From: Candidatus Azambacteria bacterium GW2011_GWA2_42_9
GTDB taxonomy: Bacteria > Patescibacteriota > Minisyncoccia > UBA10092
Length of the DNA: 35,511 bases
Assembly: GCA_000994805.1 (NCBI GenBank)
Contig: LCEQ01000006.1
Coordinates: 1-35,511, forward strand
Reading direction: 5' to 3'
The notes under the pieces were generated by a model. That model was not told the DNA's origin and ran no database searches. It saw nothing but the letters and a program-made list of their open reading frames with translations. Each line of letters starts with the position of its first letter. Within the stretch, counting starts at the first letter, position 1. The translations under genes and the position numbers were made by a program. Shown here piece after piece: positions 26,143-34,841 of the stretch.

Positions 26143-27360
26143 TTATAAAAGATAATCAAAGGGATTAATTGAGCCGCCGAGGGGTAAAGGACCAAACCAG
26201 CGGTTTTCAACGCGGAAAGTATTGGTAGAATAAACCGTAAAATGAAGATGAGGGCCGGTAACAAAACCGGTTGACCCCTCATAGCCAATAATCTGGCCTT
26301 GGCGCACTGATTGGCCTATGTTAACGGTTCTTTCCGAAAGATGGGTATAAAGCGTGGTTAAACCATTATTGTGCCTTACGGCCACCCATTTGCCATAAAC
26401 ATATTTGCCATTATCGCCCACCGCCGCCACAATTCCGTCAAGCGACGACATTATGGGAGCGCCGTAATAAGCGGCAATATCAACACCATTGTGAAACCTG
26501 TAAGCGTCGTTATAGAATCCGGTTACCGACGTCGGACCATAACCTTGGGTAATTCTGCCAAGTACCGGCCAAGCCAAAGCGCCGGGCCGCGGCTTTGGCA
26601 CTCCCCCAACCTCTCCTCTTAATTTATTTTCAAGTTCAAAAATATCTTTTTGAATTTCCGCTTGCCGAATTTGAATTTTTGATATTATTTTCTGATATTC
26701 AATCTCCTGATTCTTGGTTTCTTTAAGTAAATTATTTTTTTCTTGTTTTTGGTTTACCACCAGCCGGTTTTTAATTATCAGACTTCCCTTAAGTTCGCCA
26801 AGTTCGTTTTTTAAGCCATTTTCTTCTCTGACCAGCTCTTCGAGTTCGCCTTTAGCCTGAATCAATGATACGAGATTGTTGTAAAGTCCGCTTTGAAGAC
26901 CGATTAGATACTGATTCTCGCTTAAGAAGCTGGAAAATTTTTTACTTTTTAAAATCAGCGCCAACAGCCCCTCGTTATCGCTTCTTTCCAAAAATCTTAT
27001 AGTTTCGCCGATTGATGATTTGCGATTTTTTATTTCTTTCCCCTTTTCTTTTATCGCCCTTGAATGAAGATTGATATTTGATTCGGTTTTGGAAATTTTT
27101 GCCTGAGTAATTTTTAAATCGGTTTGAAGCCTTTTTATTTGATTGTCTATCGTGGCAATTTGATCTTTGAGGGTTTTTGCTTGATTTTGCTTACCGACAA
27201 GGGCTTCTTTATACTTAATTTCTTCCGCTTCTAATTTTTTTATTTCCTCTTCCTTCGCTTTTATTTGTTCGCGCAAAATATCATTTTCATCAGTTTGAGC
27301 GTAGAGGCTGCCAAATGGCAGCGCAAAAAATATAAAAATAATTAAAATTTTATATCGCAT
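26143..27360 (-). CDS. M23 peptidoglycan metallo-endopeptidase with N-terminal coiled coil
   Basis: Signal peptide, long coiled coil, intact HNGVD and HLH Zn motifs. Confidence 0.9.
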   Translation of the reverse strand: MRYKILIIFIFFALPFGSLYAQTDENDILREQIKAKEEEIKKLEAEEIKYKEALVGKQNQAKTLKDQIATIDNQIKRLQTDLKITQAKISKTESNINLHSRAIKEKGKEIKNRKSSIGETIRFLERSDNEGLLALILKSKKFSSFLSENQYLIGLQSGLYNNLVSLIQAKGELEELVREENGLKNELGELKGSLIIKNRLVVNQKQEKNNLLKETKNQEIEYQKIISKIQIRQAEIQKDIFELENKLRGEVGGVPKPRPGALAWPVLGRITQGYGPTSVTGFYNDAYRFHNGVDIAAYYGAPIMSSLDGIVAAVGDNGKYVYGKWVAVRHNNGLTTLYTHLSERTVNIGQSVRQGQIIGYEGSTGFVTGPHLHFTVYSTNTFRVENRWFGPLPLGGSINPFDYLL

Positions 27361-28852
27361 TTAATTTTTTTAAAGCGGCTTCTATTCTTTCAATTGTTCT
27401 TTTTTTTCCTAATATTTCCATGATTTCAAACGGGCCAGGAGACGCTTCAAGGCCGGTTAAAGCGGTTCTGAGGGGCCACAACAATCTTCCCTTATCTTTG
27501 TTTTTGGCTCTTTCGGCTTCTTTTAATAAAGAACTTTCTAAATTTTCGCGATTGAAATCCAATTCGTTGATTTTTAACAGGGACTCACGTGAAATTTTTA
27601 AAGAAGCAATAGCGTCTTTAAATAACATATCCCGCCAGATTAGAAGTTCGGGTTTATAACTTGGAATTTTGAAAAAATAAACCGTTCTCTCCCCCATTTC
27701 ACCCAGTTTTTTAAGGCGTGGCTGTTCCAGCGCTATTATTTTTTTTAAATATTCGATATCATCCCCCGCCCGTAAACCGTCTCTTTCAAGAAAGGGATTG
27801 ATTCTTTTTACTAATTCATCTAAAGAAAGGTTTCTTATATAATGACCGTTAAGCCAATCCAATTTTTCAATATTAAAAACGGCGCCGCTTTTTTGCACTT
27901 TGGTTAAATCAAACTTTTTTATTAATCCCTTTAAACTAAAAAATTCTTCATTGGCGCCGGCGTTCCATCCCAAAAGCGCTAAAAAATTAATGAGCGTCTC
28001 GGGAAGATACCCCATTTCGCGGTAATCCATGACTGAAGTGGCGCCATGACGCTTTGAAAGCTTTGACCTGTCCGGAGCCAAAATCAAAGGAAGGTGGGCA
28101 TATTCCGGCATTGGTAAATCCAGATTTTTTTGAATTAAAATTTGTTTGGGCGTGTTTGAAATATGTTCCTCCCCTCTTATGACATGGCTTATTTTCATTA
28201 AATAATCGTCAACAACCACCGCGAAGTTATAAAGCGGCAAAAAATTACCGGCCGAAGCCGCTTTGGCCAAACTGAAATCGCCGCCCAAAGTATTGGAATT
28301 AAAACAAACTTTGCCGCGGATTAAATCATCAAAGCAAATTTCCTCATCAAAAGGAATTTTAAAGCGGATAATGGCATTTTCCTGTCCGCTGTTAGAGACG
28401 GCTTTGTTAAGCCGTCTCTCGGCGTCTTTCCGAGGTAATTTTCTGAATTCGCAAATATGGGCCGGATTTTTTTTAGCAGCAACCTGCTCTTTATATTCCT
28501 TATCAAGGAATTCTTTGCTGTGAAAACAATAAAACGCCTTTCCGTCGTCAATAAGTTTGTTTAAATATCCGTTATACAAATTCAGCCGCTCGCTTTGACG
28601 GTAAAATTCATCCCAGTTTAAACCCAGCCATTTAATGCTTTCCAAAATATCTTTTTCGTATTCCGGCCTTGAACGCTCTAAATCCGTGTCTTCAATGCGT
28701 AAAATAAATTTTCCGCCGTTTACTTTGGCAAATAAAAAATTAAAAAGGGCCGTTCTGGCGCCGCCAATATGAAATAGGCCGGTGGGACTCGGCGCAAACC
28801 GGGTTCTGATTTCTTCTTGTTTTCCGCCAAAGAATGATTTTAGAAAACTCAT
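27350..28852 (-). CDS. gltX: glutamate--tRNA ligase
   Basis: RTRFAPSPTG, HIGG, RIEDTD, HVIRGEEH, KLSKR. Confidence 0.96.
   Translation of the reverse strand: MSFLKSFFGGKQEEIRTRFAPSPTGLFHIGGARTALFNFLFAKVNGGKFILRIEDTDLERSRPEYEKDILESIKWLGLNWDEFYRQSERLNLYNGYLNKLIDDGKAFYCFHSKEFLDKEYKEQVAAKKNPAHICEFRKLPRKDAERRLNKAVSNSGQENAIIRFKIPFDEEICFDDLIRGKVCFNSNTLGGDFSLAKAASAGNFLPLYNFAVVVDDYLMKISHVIRGEEHISNTPKQILIQKNLDLPMPEYAHLPLILAPDRSKLSKRHGATSVMDYREMGYLPETLINFLALLGWNAGANEEFFSLKGLIKKFDLTKVQKSGAVFNIEKLDWLNGHYIRNLSLDELVKRINPFLERDGLRAGDDIEYLKKIIALEQPRLKKLGEMGERTVYFFKIPSYKPELLIWRDMLFKDAIASLKISRESLLKINELDFNRENLESSLLKEAERAKNKDKGRLLWPLRTALTGLEASPGPFEIMEILGKKRTIERIEAALKKLNAI
28394..28419. repeat. palindrome with an 11-bp stem inside gltX
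   Basis: AGAGACGGCTT-TGTT-AAGCCGTCTCT. Confidence 0.7.
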
Positions 28853-28858
28853 ACGTTC

Positions 28859-29998
28859 TTACTTCGGAATTAAATTTAAAAGCGCTTGGGCAATAAGCTT
28901 TGCTGCTTCAGGCGTTGAAAATTTTTTTGCTTTTTCTTCCATGGATTTCTTTTTTTCCGGATTATTCAATATAGAATTAATCACTGACAATAATAAATTC
29001 GGAGTCAAATTGGCTTCTTCAATGACTTCGGCCCGGCCATTTTCCGCAAACACGTAAGCATTGCGGCGATTATGGTCAGCGGCTGAATCGGTGATGGGAA
29101 TTAAAATACTGGCCTTTCCGCTGGCCGCAATTTCAAAAATGGTTCCGGCTCCGCTTCTTGAAATAATTAAATCGGCGGAATGCATTGCGGCTACATATTC
29201 CGGTTCCACCAAAAAATTAACAGGGTGATAAGCCACAACCAATTCGCCCAATAAGCCTTTCAAAACCACCTTGGATTCATTAAAAACGGCATCATAATTT
29301 TCACTTCCGGTTTGATGGATAACCTCGGCTGATTCCAATATGCTCGGCAGAATATCTAAAATAATATCGTTTATTTTTAAGGCCCCTTGAGATCCTCCGA
29401 GGACAAAAATAACGGGCTTGTTGGTCTTTAATCCCAATATGGCGCGTTCTTTTTCTGAATCTGTCGGCCTAAAAAACGATTCTCTTACGGCTTCGCCGGA
29501 ATAATAGGTCTTGCTTTTGGGAAAATAATTTGCTGCTTCGTTAAATGACACAGCGACTAAAGTCGCGAAACGGGCCAACAATTTATTGGCCAAACCCGGA
29601 ACGCTGTCCGAGTCGTGGATTATAATAGGAATCCTATAAAGCCAGCCGGCGAAAACCGCGGCCGCGCTGCCGTAACCGCCTTTGCTAAAAATTACATCCG
29701 GCATTATGAGCCAAACTTCCCATAATGCCTGAAAAACGCCGATTAGTATTTTGAATAAGTCAATAAAATTTTTAAGAGATACGTAACGGCGCCATTTTCC
29801 GGTTACTAATATTTTGTAATGAAAATTAATTTCTTCCCGCTTAAAACTGCTCTCTAAAAACGGCACGGGACCGAGATAATAAATTTCCGGTTCGCCCAGA
29901 TTCTGGAGCTGGGAAAGTTCATTGATTTTTCTTGAAACCGCTATTAAGGGAAATAAATGCCCTCCCGTGCCGCCGCCAGTTAAAATAATTCTAATCAT
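28859..29998 (-). CDS. murG: lipid I N-acetylglucosamine transferase MurG
   Basis: GGGTGGH, KGGY, GGSQGA, ISRSGAGT. Confidence 0.94.
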   Translation of the reverse strand: MIRIILTGGGTGGHLFPLIAVSRKINELSQLQNLGEPEIYYLGPVPFLESSFKREEINFHYKILVTGKWRRYVSLKNFIDLFKILIGVFQALWEVWLIMPDVIFSKGGYGSAAAVFAGWLYRIPIIIHDSDSVPGLANKLLARFATLVAVSFNEAANYFPKSKTYYSGEAVRESFFRPTDSEKERAILGLKTNKPVIFVLGGSQGALKINDIILDILPSILESAEVIHQTGSENYDAVFNESKVVLKGLLGELVVAYHPVNFLVEPEYVAAMHSADLIISRSGAGTIFEIAASGKASILIPITDSAADHNRRNAYVFAENGRAEVIEEANLTPNLLLSVINSILNNPEKKKSMEEKAKKFSTPEAAKLIAQALLNLIPK

Positions 29999-31098
29999 AC
30001 GTATTTTGATATATTAGCGATAATCCCGGCTCCCGCAAGGTTGATGACTAAGCCGGAACTGCCATAGCTCATAAAAGGCAAAGGAACGCCGGTTAAAGGA
30101 ATCAATCCGGAAATGGCCGCTATATTAATAAAACTTTGAATCAAAATCCAAGAGGTTATGCCGACGGCAAGAAATTTAGAAAAATTATCATGGCTTCTCA
30201 TGGCAATTCTATAACCCAGAATCGCAAATAATAAATATAAAAATAAAGAAAAACTTATACCAATAAGTCCCATTTTCTCGCCTAAAACGGCAAAAATTGA
30301 ATCGCCGATCGGTTCCGGAAGATAAGCCGAACTTAAGGTTTTATTTATTCCAATGCCGGCAAGCCCGCCGATGCCGATGGATGAAAGCGCTTGATTAATT
30401 TGATAGCCGGCGCCGGAAGGATCGCGCTCGGCATTAAGAAAAACATGGAATCGCTGCGCGGCGTAAGGCTTTAAAAAAATAAAAAAAGAAAACGTGACAA
30501 TGCCGATTAAAGCCACTAAAATCAAATGACTGATTCTACCGCCAGCTGTGAAATAAACGATGCTCCCCGAAAAAGCAATGATGGCAAATGTTCCCAAATT
30601 CGGCTGCATCAAAAGCAAAATGCCGATAACGCTGATAATAATAACAAAGGGCAGAAAACCGCTGTTCAGTTTTTTTAAGTCCTTTTGCCGCGATTCAAGC
30701 CATGAGGCCAGATAAATCAAAAATGATAATTTTAAAATTTCGCTCGGTTGAAAATTTAAAGGACCGATTTGCAGCCATCTGGCCGAACCGCTGTGGGATA
30801 AACCGAGCTGGGGCATAAAAACCAATGTCAAAAGACCTATAGAAAATACTAGGAAGAAAACGCTGTATTTTTTAAGAAGTCCTAACGGGAAACTCAAGGC
30901 TACAAAAAAACCCGCAATGCCGATTAAAACTCCTTTTAAAAATTGCTCCTTTAAATAATAAGCCGGATCGTTAAACTTCTTTTCTCCGGCTATAAACGAA
31001 GCTGAAGAGAGCACAAAAAGACCAAAAATTAAAAGCAGGCCGATAACCGCCAAAAACCATGAGTCCGCTTTTTTATTCTTCAGAATTTTTATTTTCAT
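29995..31098 (-). CDS. ftsW: SEDS family peptidoglycan polymerase FtsW
   Basis: ARW, FQPSE, GYQ, LPEP..DSIF, P.TGVPLPFMSYG; directly upstream of murG. Confidence 0.9.
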   Translation of the reverse strand: MKIKILKNKKADSWFLAVIGLLLIFGLFVLSSASFIAGEKKFNDPAYYLKEQFLKGVLIGIAGFFVALSFPLGLLKKYSVFFLVFSIGLLTLVFMPQLGLSHSGSARWLQIGPLNFQPSEILKLSFLIYLASWLESRQKDLKKLNSGFLPFVIIISVIGILLLMQPNLGTFAIIAFSGSIVYFTAGGRISHLILVALIGIVTFSFFIFLKPYAAQRFHVFLNAERDPSGAGYQINQALSSIGIGGLAGIGINKTLSSAYLPEPIGDSIFAVLGEKMGLIGISFSLFLYLLFAILGYRIAMRSHDNFSKFLAVGITSWILIQSFINIAAISGLIPLTGVPLPFMSYGSSGLVINLAGAGIIANISKYV

Positions 31099-32690
31099 AA
31101 TAATTCTCCCAAGCCATGATTCTGGATTTTACCTTCCGATAAGGCCAATTGGCCGTTAATAATAACCGAATGAATCCCCCGCGAATACTGAAAAGGATTG
31201 TCAAAAGTAGCCATATCCTTTACGGTCTCCGGATTAAATATGGCGATATCCGCGAAATAACCATCTTTAATAATCCCGCGATGTTTTAAGCCGATTTTCA
31301 AAGCCGGAAGAGCCGTCATTTTTTTGATTGCCTCTTCAAAGCTTAGGATATTTTTCTCGCGAACGTAATGGCTTAATATTCTGGTAAAACAGCCAAAAGA
31401 TCGCGGATGCGACAAATAACCGCTTTTAGAGTCTTCCAAATTAAAAGCGGCGCCATCGGAGGCAATAATGGAAAGGTTGCTTTTTAGCGCTTCGGTTAGA
31501 TTTTCTTCCGATAAAGAAGGCCAAAAAACAATAAGTTTGCCTTCGGCCGCGAGTAAAAGATTAATCATGGTTTCTAAAATGCCAGTTCCCTGATTTTTGG
31601 CGATAAATTCAAGGGTCTTGCCAATAAACGTCTTATCGATATCGCCCGAAGCGATAATAATATTCCTAAACTCGCCTTCCCTATCCCCCATTTCTTCAAC
31701 AACCCGTTTTTTTAATTCCGGGTTTTTCAAATTTTCCAAAAGTTTCATCCGGCCGCCGACCGCAACGAAGTCCGGCAATAAGGTGTAAAAAACCGTGGCC
31801 GTGGAAGTGTACGGATAAACGTCAAAATTTACATTAAGACCTTCGGCCGCCGCTTTATGAATTTCTTCCAGGCCTTTTTTAAATATAGGCCAATTATTTT
31901 GGCCGACGGCCTTAAAATGGGAAATCTCAAGATTGGCTTTGGTTTTTTTTGAAACCTCAATCGCCTCAACAACGCTTTCGTAAAGCTTGCTTCCCTCGTC
32001 TCTTAAATGGGCGCTGTAAATTTTTTCTTGTTTTCCGCCAAAGGCGGATCCGCCTTTGGCGGATAAAGTTGAAACAAGTGTTGCGATTTCTTCGGCCGAA
32101 GCCATTTTGGCATGGGAATAACCCAGGCCCGTTGAAAAACCCATCGCCCCCTGGCTTAAAGCGGTTTCAAGCAAATGCTTTGCCTGGCTTAATTCGCCAT
32201 CAGTTAAATCCCTGAATTCGTCTTTTACAATACTGCGGCGCAAGGTGGCATGCCCGATTAAAGTGCCAAAATTCAAAAGAAATTTCTTTTTCCTTACTTC
32301 ATCAAAAAATTCGGAAAGAGAAAGCCAGTTAACATTTATTTGTTTTATATCGGCCCATTTTTGGATTGCCGCGATAACGTTGCCGGTGGTAAGCGGCGCT
32401 AAAGATGAACCGCAATTGCCGCCAATAACGGTGGTTACTCCTTGATACAAGTAACTTTCTAAATCGGGATGGCTGAATAAAGTCCAATGCCTGTCGGAAG
32501 CGTTGTTAATATCAATAAATCCCGGTGCGACATGACAGCCGGCCGCGTCAATCACGGTCTCGGCCGAAGGATTGCCTAAAAAACCGATTCTTTCAATCTT
32601 CCCGTTTTTAACCGCCACATCGGCGTGAAAAGCGGGCGTTCCCACGCCATCAATAATTGTCCCGTTTTTGATAAGGATATCTAATGCCAT
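31095..32690 (-). CDS. N-acyl-D-amino-acid deacylase-like amidohydrolase with a degenerate metal motif
   Basis: PGFID, GVTT..GGNCG, GFSTGL.Y, HLRDE, SH.K, DVYPY, SDG, HPR; HxH replaced by NNA. Confidence 0.85.
   Translation of the reverse strand: MALDILIKNGTIIDGVGTPAFHADVAVKNGKIERIGFLGNPSAETVIDAAGCHVAPGFIDINNASDRHWTLFSHPDLESYLYQGVTTVIGGNCGSSLAPLTTGNVIAAIQKWADIKQINVNWLSLSEFFDEVRKKKFLLNFGTLIGHATLRRSIVKDEFRDLTDGELSQAKHLLETALSQGAMGFSTGLGYSHAKMASAEEIATLVSTLSAKGGSAFGGKQEKIYSAHLRDEGSKLYESVVEAIEVSKKTKANLEISHFKAVGQNNWPIFKKGLEEIHKAAAEGLNVNFDVYPYTSTATVFYTLLPDFVAVGGRMKLLENLKNPELKKRVVEEMGDREGEFRNIIIASGDIDKTFIGKTLEFIAKNQGTGILETMINLLLAAEGKLIVFWPSLSEENLTEALKSNLSIIASDGAAFNLEDSKSGYLSHPRSFGCFTRILSHYVREKNILSFEEAIKKMTALPALKIGLKHRGIIKDGYFADIAIFNPETVKDMATFDNPFQYSRGIHSVIINGQLALSEGKIQNHGLGELL
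32034..32063. repeat. perfect 30-bp palindrome, in-frame in the amidohydrolase
   Basis: TCCGCCAAAGGCGGA TCCGCCTTTGGCGGA; encodes SAKGGSAFGG. Confidence 0.9.
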
Positions 32691-32720
32691 TACTTATATT
32701 ATACAACGAAAGATAAAAAC

Positions 32721-32751
32721 AAAAAAACAACTGCCCCGTTGGAAGGGGCAG
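32721..32751 (-). terminator. intrinsic terminator
   Basis: CTGCCCC-7nt-GGGGCAG followed by TTGTTTTTTT on the minus strand. Confidence 0.75.
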
Positions 32752-32813
32752 GCCCTTTGAATTGGGCGGAGTGTTAAATTGGTGTGCGCCAAAATGCGCA
32801 CGACCTGTAAGCT
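32721..32813 (-). ncRNA. candidate ~95-nt small RNA or attenuator leader
   Basis: Consensus promoter upstream, two hairpins, then an intrinsic terminator. Confidence 0.6.
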
Positions 32814-32819
32814 ATTTTA

Positions 32820-32848
32820 ATTATAGCTGATTTTAACCAGCATGTCAA
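32820..32848 (-). promoter_or_regulatory. perfect consensus sigma70 promoter
   Basis: TTGACA (32848-32843), 17 nt, TATAAT (32825-32820). Confidence 0.8.
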
Positions 32849-32855
32849 ATAAAAT

Positions 32856-33767
32856 TTATTTTCCCAAAAGGCCGATGATGAGGCCGATGGTTGCAGAAAC
32901 GGCGGAAATAATCCAAAAACGCATTGTGACTTTGGTTTCGGGCCAGCCAAGCGCTTCAAAATGATGATGGATGGGTGTTGAAAGAAATATCTTTTTGCCG
33001 CGGAATTTTTTTGACAGCGTCTGGACAATCACCGAACCGGATTCAAAAACCAAAATAAAAGCGATTAAAGGTAAAAGCAGCGCAGAAATAACGCTGGTAA
33101 AAGCCGTCAAATCATAATGTCCCTGAGTAAATGCTAAGGCCCCCAAAGCGGCAAAAGCGAATAAAAGCACCCCGCCGGCTAAACCGTCCAAGCCGTCCGT
33201 TTCATTAGTGGAAAAAGCCGTGGAAACAATTATAAAAATAAAAATAGGGATGTACCATAATCCAACGCTGAAACTGCCTAAAAAGGGAATATAAAATATA
33301 TCCCAGCCGAGTTTAAAATAAAACCAATAAGCGCCTATAGCCGCTACTATCGTATAAAGTAAAATTTTTTGTTTTACTGAAAGTCCCCCGCTCTTAGGGC
33401 CGATTTTAAAAACTCCAAGTAAATCATCGGCAAAACCCAAAATCGCGGAAAACACCAAAGCGCCTAAAGGTAAAAACGTTTGAGATCGGCTTAAAAAATT
33501 AAGCTGGCTGAAAACACCGTCAAAAAAAAGAGAGAGAAGCCAAAAGGCAACCGCCAATATAAGAGTTGTCCCCCAGATTAAAATACCGCCCATTGTCGGG
33601 GTGCCCTCCTTCACGCCATGAATCTTGGCAAAAATCGGAGCGCCTTCGGCTCTAATTTGTTTTCCCAATCGGTATTTGAAAAGAAAATGCGTCAAAAGAG
33701 GCGTTGCGGAGAATGCAACAATAAATGATATAGAAGTTAAAATTAAAAGACGTGCGACCTCTGACAT
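32856..33767 (-). CDS. mraY: phospho-N-acetylmuramoyl-pentapeptide transferase MraY with an apparent internal deletion
   Basis: K.GTPTMGG, GFADD, NETDGLDGLA, PIHHHFE; the N..PA..FMGD.G segment is missing. Confidence 0.9.
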   Translation of the reverse strand: MSEVARLLILTSISFIVAFSATPLLTHFLFKYRLGKQIRAEGAPIFAKIHGVKEGTPTMGGILIWGTTLILAVAFWLLSLFFDGVFSQLNFLSRSQTFLPLGALVFSAILGFADDLLGVFKIGPKSGGLSVKQKILLYTIVAAIGAYWFYFKLGWDIFYIPFLGSFSVGLWYIPIFIFIIVSTAFSTNETDGLDGLAGGVLLFAFAALGALAFTQGHYDLTAFTSVISALLLPLIAFILVFESGSVIVQTLSKKFRGKKIFLSTPIHHHFEALGWPETKVTMRFWIISAVSATIGLIIGLLGK

Positions 33768-33768
33768 T

Positions 33769-34731
33769 TTAATTCCAAATATACGCTTCCTTGAGCCATT
33801 GAATTAATTTTTCTGATTCTAAAAACCGATCGGGCGACCCTAAAACAATAGTAATAATTTCATTTTTATCGCCAAAACTCATTCCGGAAATTAAAAGAGC
33901 TAAAGAACCTCCGGCCTCTCCGGTATATCCGGTTTTACCGGCCACCACTTCGCTTACTCTTCCGAGAAGTTCGTTGGTATTTTTAAGCCGGTGTTCAATA
34001 TTGCCGTCAGAAGAATAAACAATCATGTTTTTTGTTTTTAAAATTTCAAAAATTTCAGAATGAGTGTTTATAAGATAACTGAAAATTTTAAAAACATCAA
34101 GAGCCGAGGAATAATTATTTTCCTCATCAAGGCCGTCGGGATTAGTAAAATGCGTGTTTAAAAGCCCCAACTCTTTAGCTTTTTTATTCATAAGGGAAAT
34201 AAAATCGGGATTTTTATCCGCTAAAGCTACCGCGGCATCGTTTGAAGAATCTATAAGCATAATGCTAAAAAGAGAGCGGACGGTTATTTCCTCAGAGGGT
34301 CTCAAGTCCCCTTTTGAACCTTCGCGTTTTACGGCTGACAATGGGACCTTGATAACCATCGTAGGCTGATAGTTTTCCAAAACGACAATAGCGGTCATAA
34401 GCTTGGTAAGAGACGCCACCGGCCGCCTGATTTCCATATTTTTATTGTAATAAACTCTTCCGCCGTCGGCCCGCATAGCCAAAGCTGCTTCGGCCCCAAG
34501 TTCCAACGCCGGAGCCGACCAGTTGCGCCGCGGCAAAGTATTTTCGCTGTCGCCAAAAACAACAAAAGTCGGCGGCACAAAATTCATTAAAGCCGCCGGC
34601 CCGTCTTTTAATTTATAGTCGCTATTATTTTGAATTGGTAATCCGTTTTTAGCAGAACCAAAAATCCAAACAAAAAAAATAACGGTAAAAATCAAGGATA
34701 TTTTCAAATAAAATTTTTTATTCCCATCCAT
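33769..34731 (-). CDS. D-alanyl-D-alanine carboxypeptidase (S11)
   Basis: ASLTK (SxxK), SSN (SxN), NPDGL, GKTG; N-terminal TM. Confidence 0.9.
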   Translation of the reverse strand: MDGNKKFYLKISLIFTVIFFVWIFGSAKNGLPIQNNSDYKLKDGPAALMNFVPPTFVVFGDSENTLPRRNWSAPALELGAEAALAMRADGGRVYYNKNMEIRRPVASLTKLMTAIVVLENYQPTMVIKVPLSAVKREGSKGDLRPSEEITVRSLFSIMLIDSSNDAAVALADKNPDFISLMNKKAKELGLLNTHFTNPDGLDEENNYSSALDVFKIFSYLINTHSEIFEILKTKNMIVYSSDGNIEHRLKNTNELLGRVSEVVAGKTGYTGEAGGSLALLISGMSFGDKNEIITIVLGSPDRFLESEKLIQWLKEAYIWN

Positions 34732-34745
34732 AATGGTTCTTATCT

Positions 34746-34841
34746 TGATGAAGCTAATACAAAATAAAATTCCTTAGCCCCATTCGCCTTCGGCGAACGG
34801 CTCGCCCCCACCTAGAATTTTATTTTGTATTAGCTTCATCA
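34746..34841. mobile_element. MITE/REP-like 96-bp element with 27-bp perfect terminal inverted repeats
   Basis: TGATGAAGCTAATACAAAATAAAATTC (34746-34772) and its reverse complement (34815-34841) around a GC-rich 42-nt core. Confidence 0.65.

Noticed and set aside
1184-34580. Numerous 60-170 aa ORFs antisense to or overlapping well-supported genes
   Set aside because: Shadow ORFs with no motifs or initiation signals
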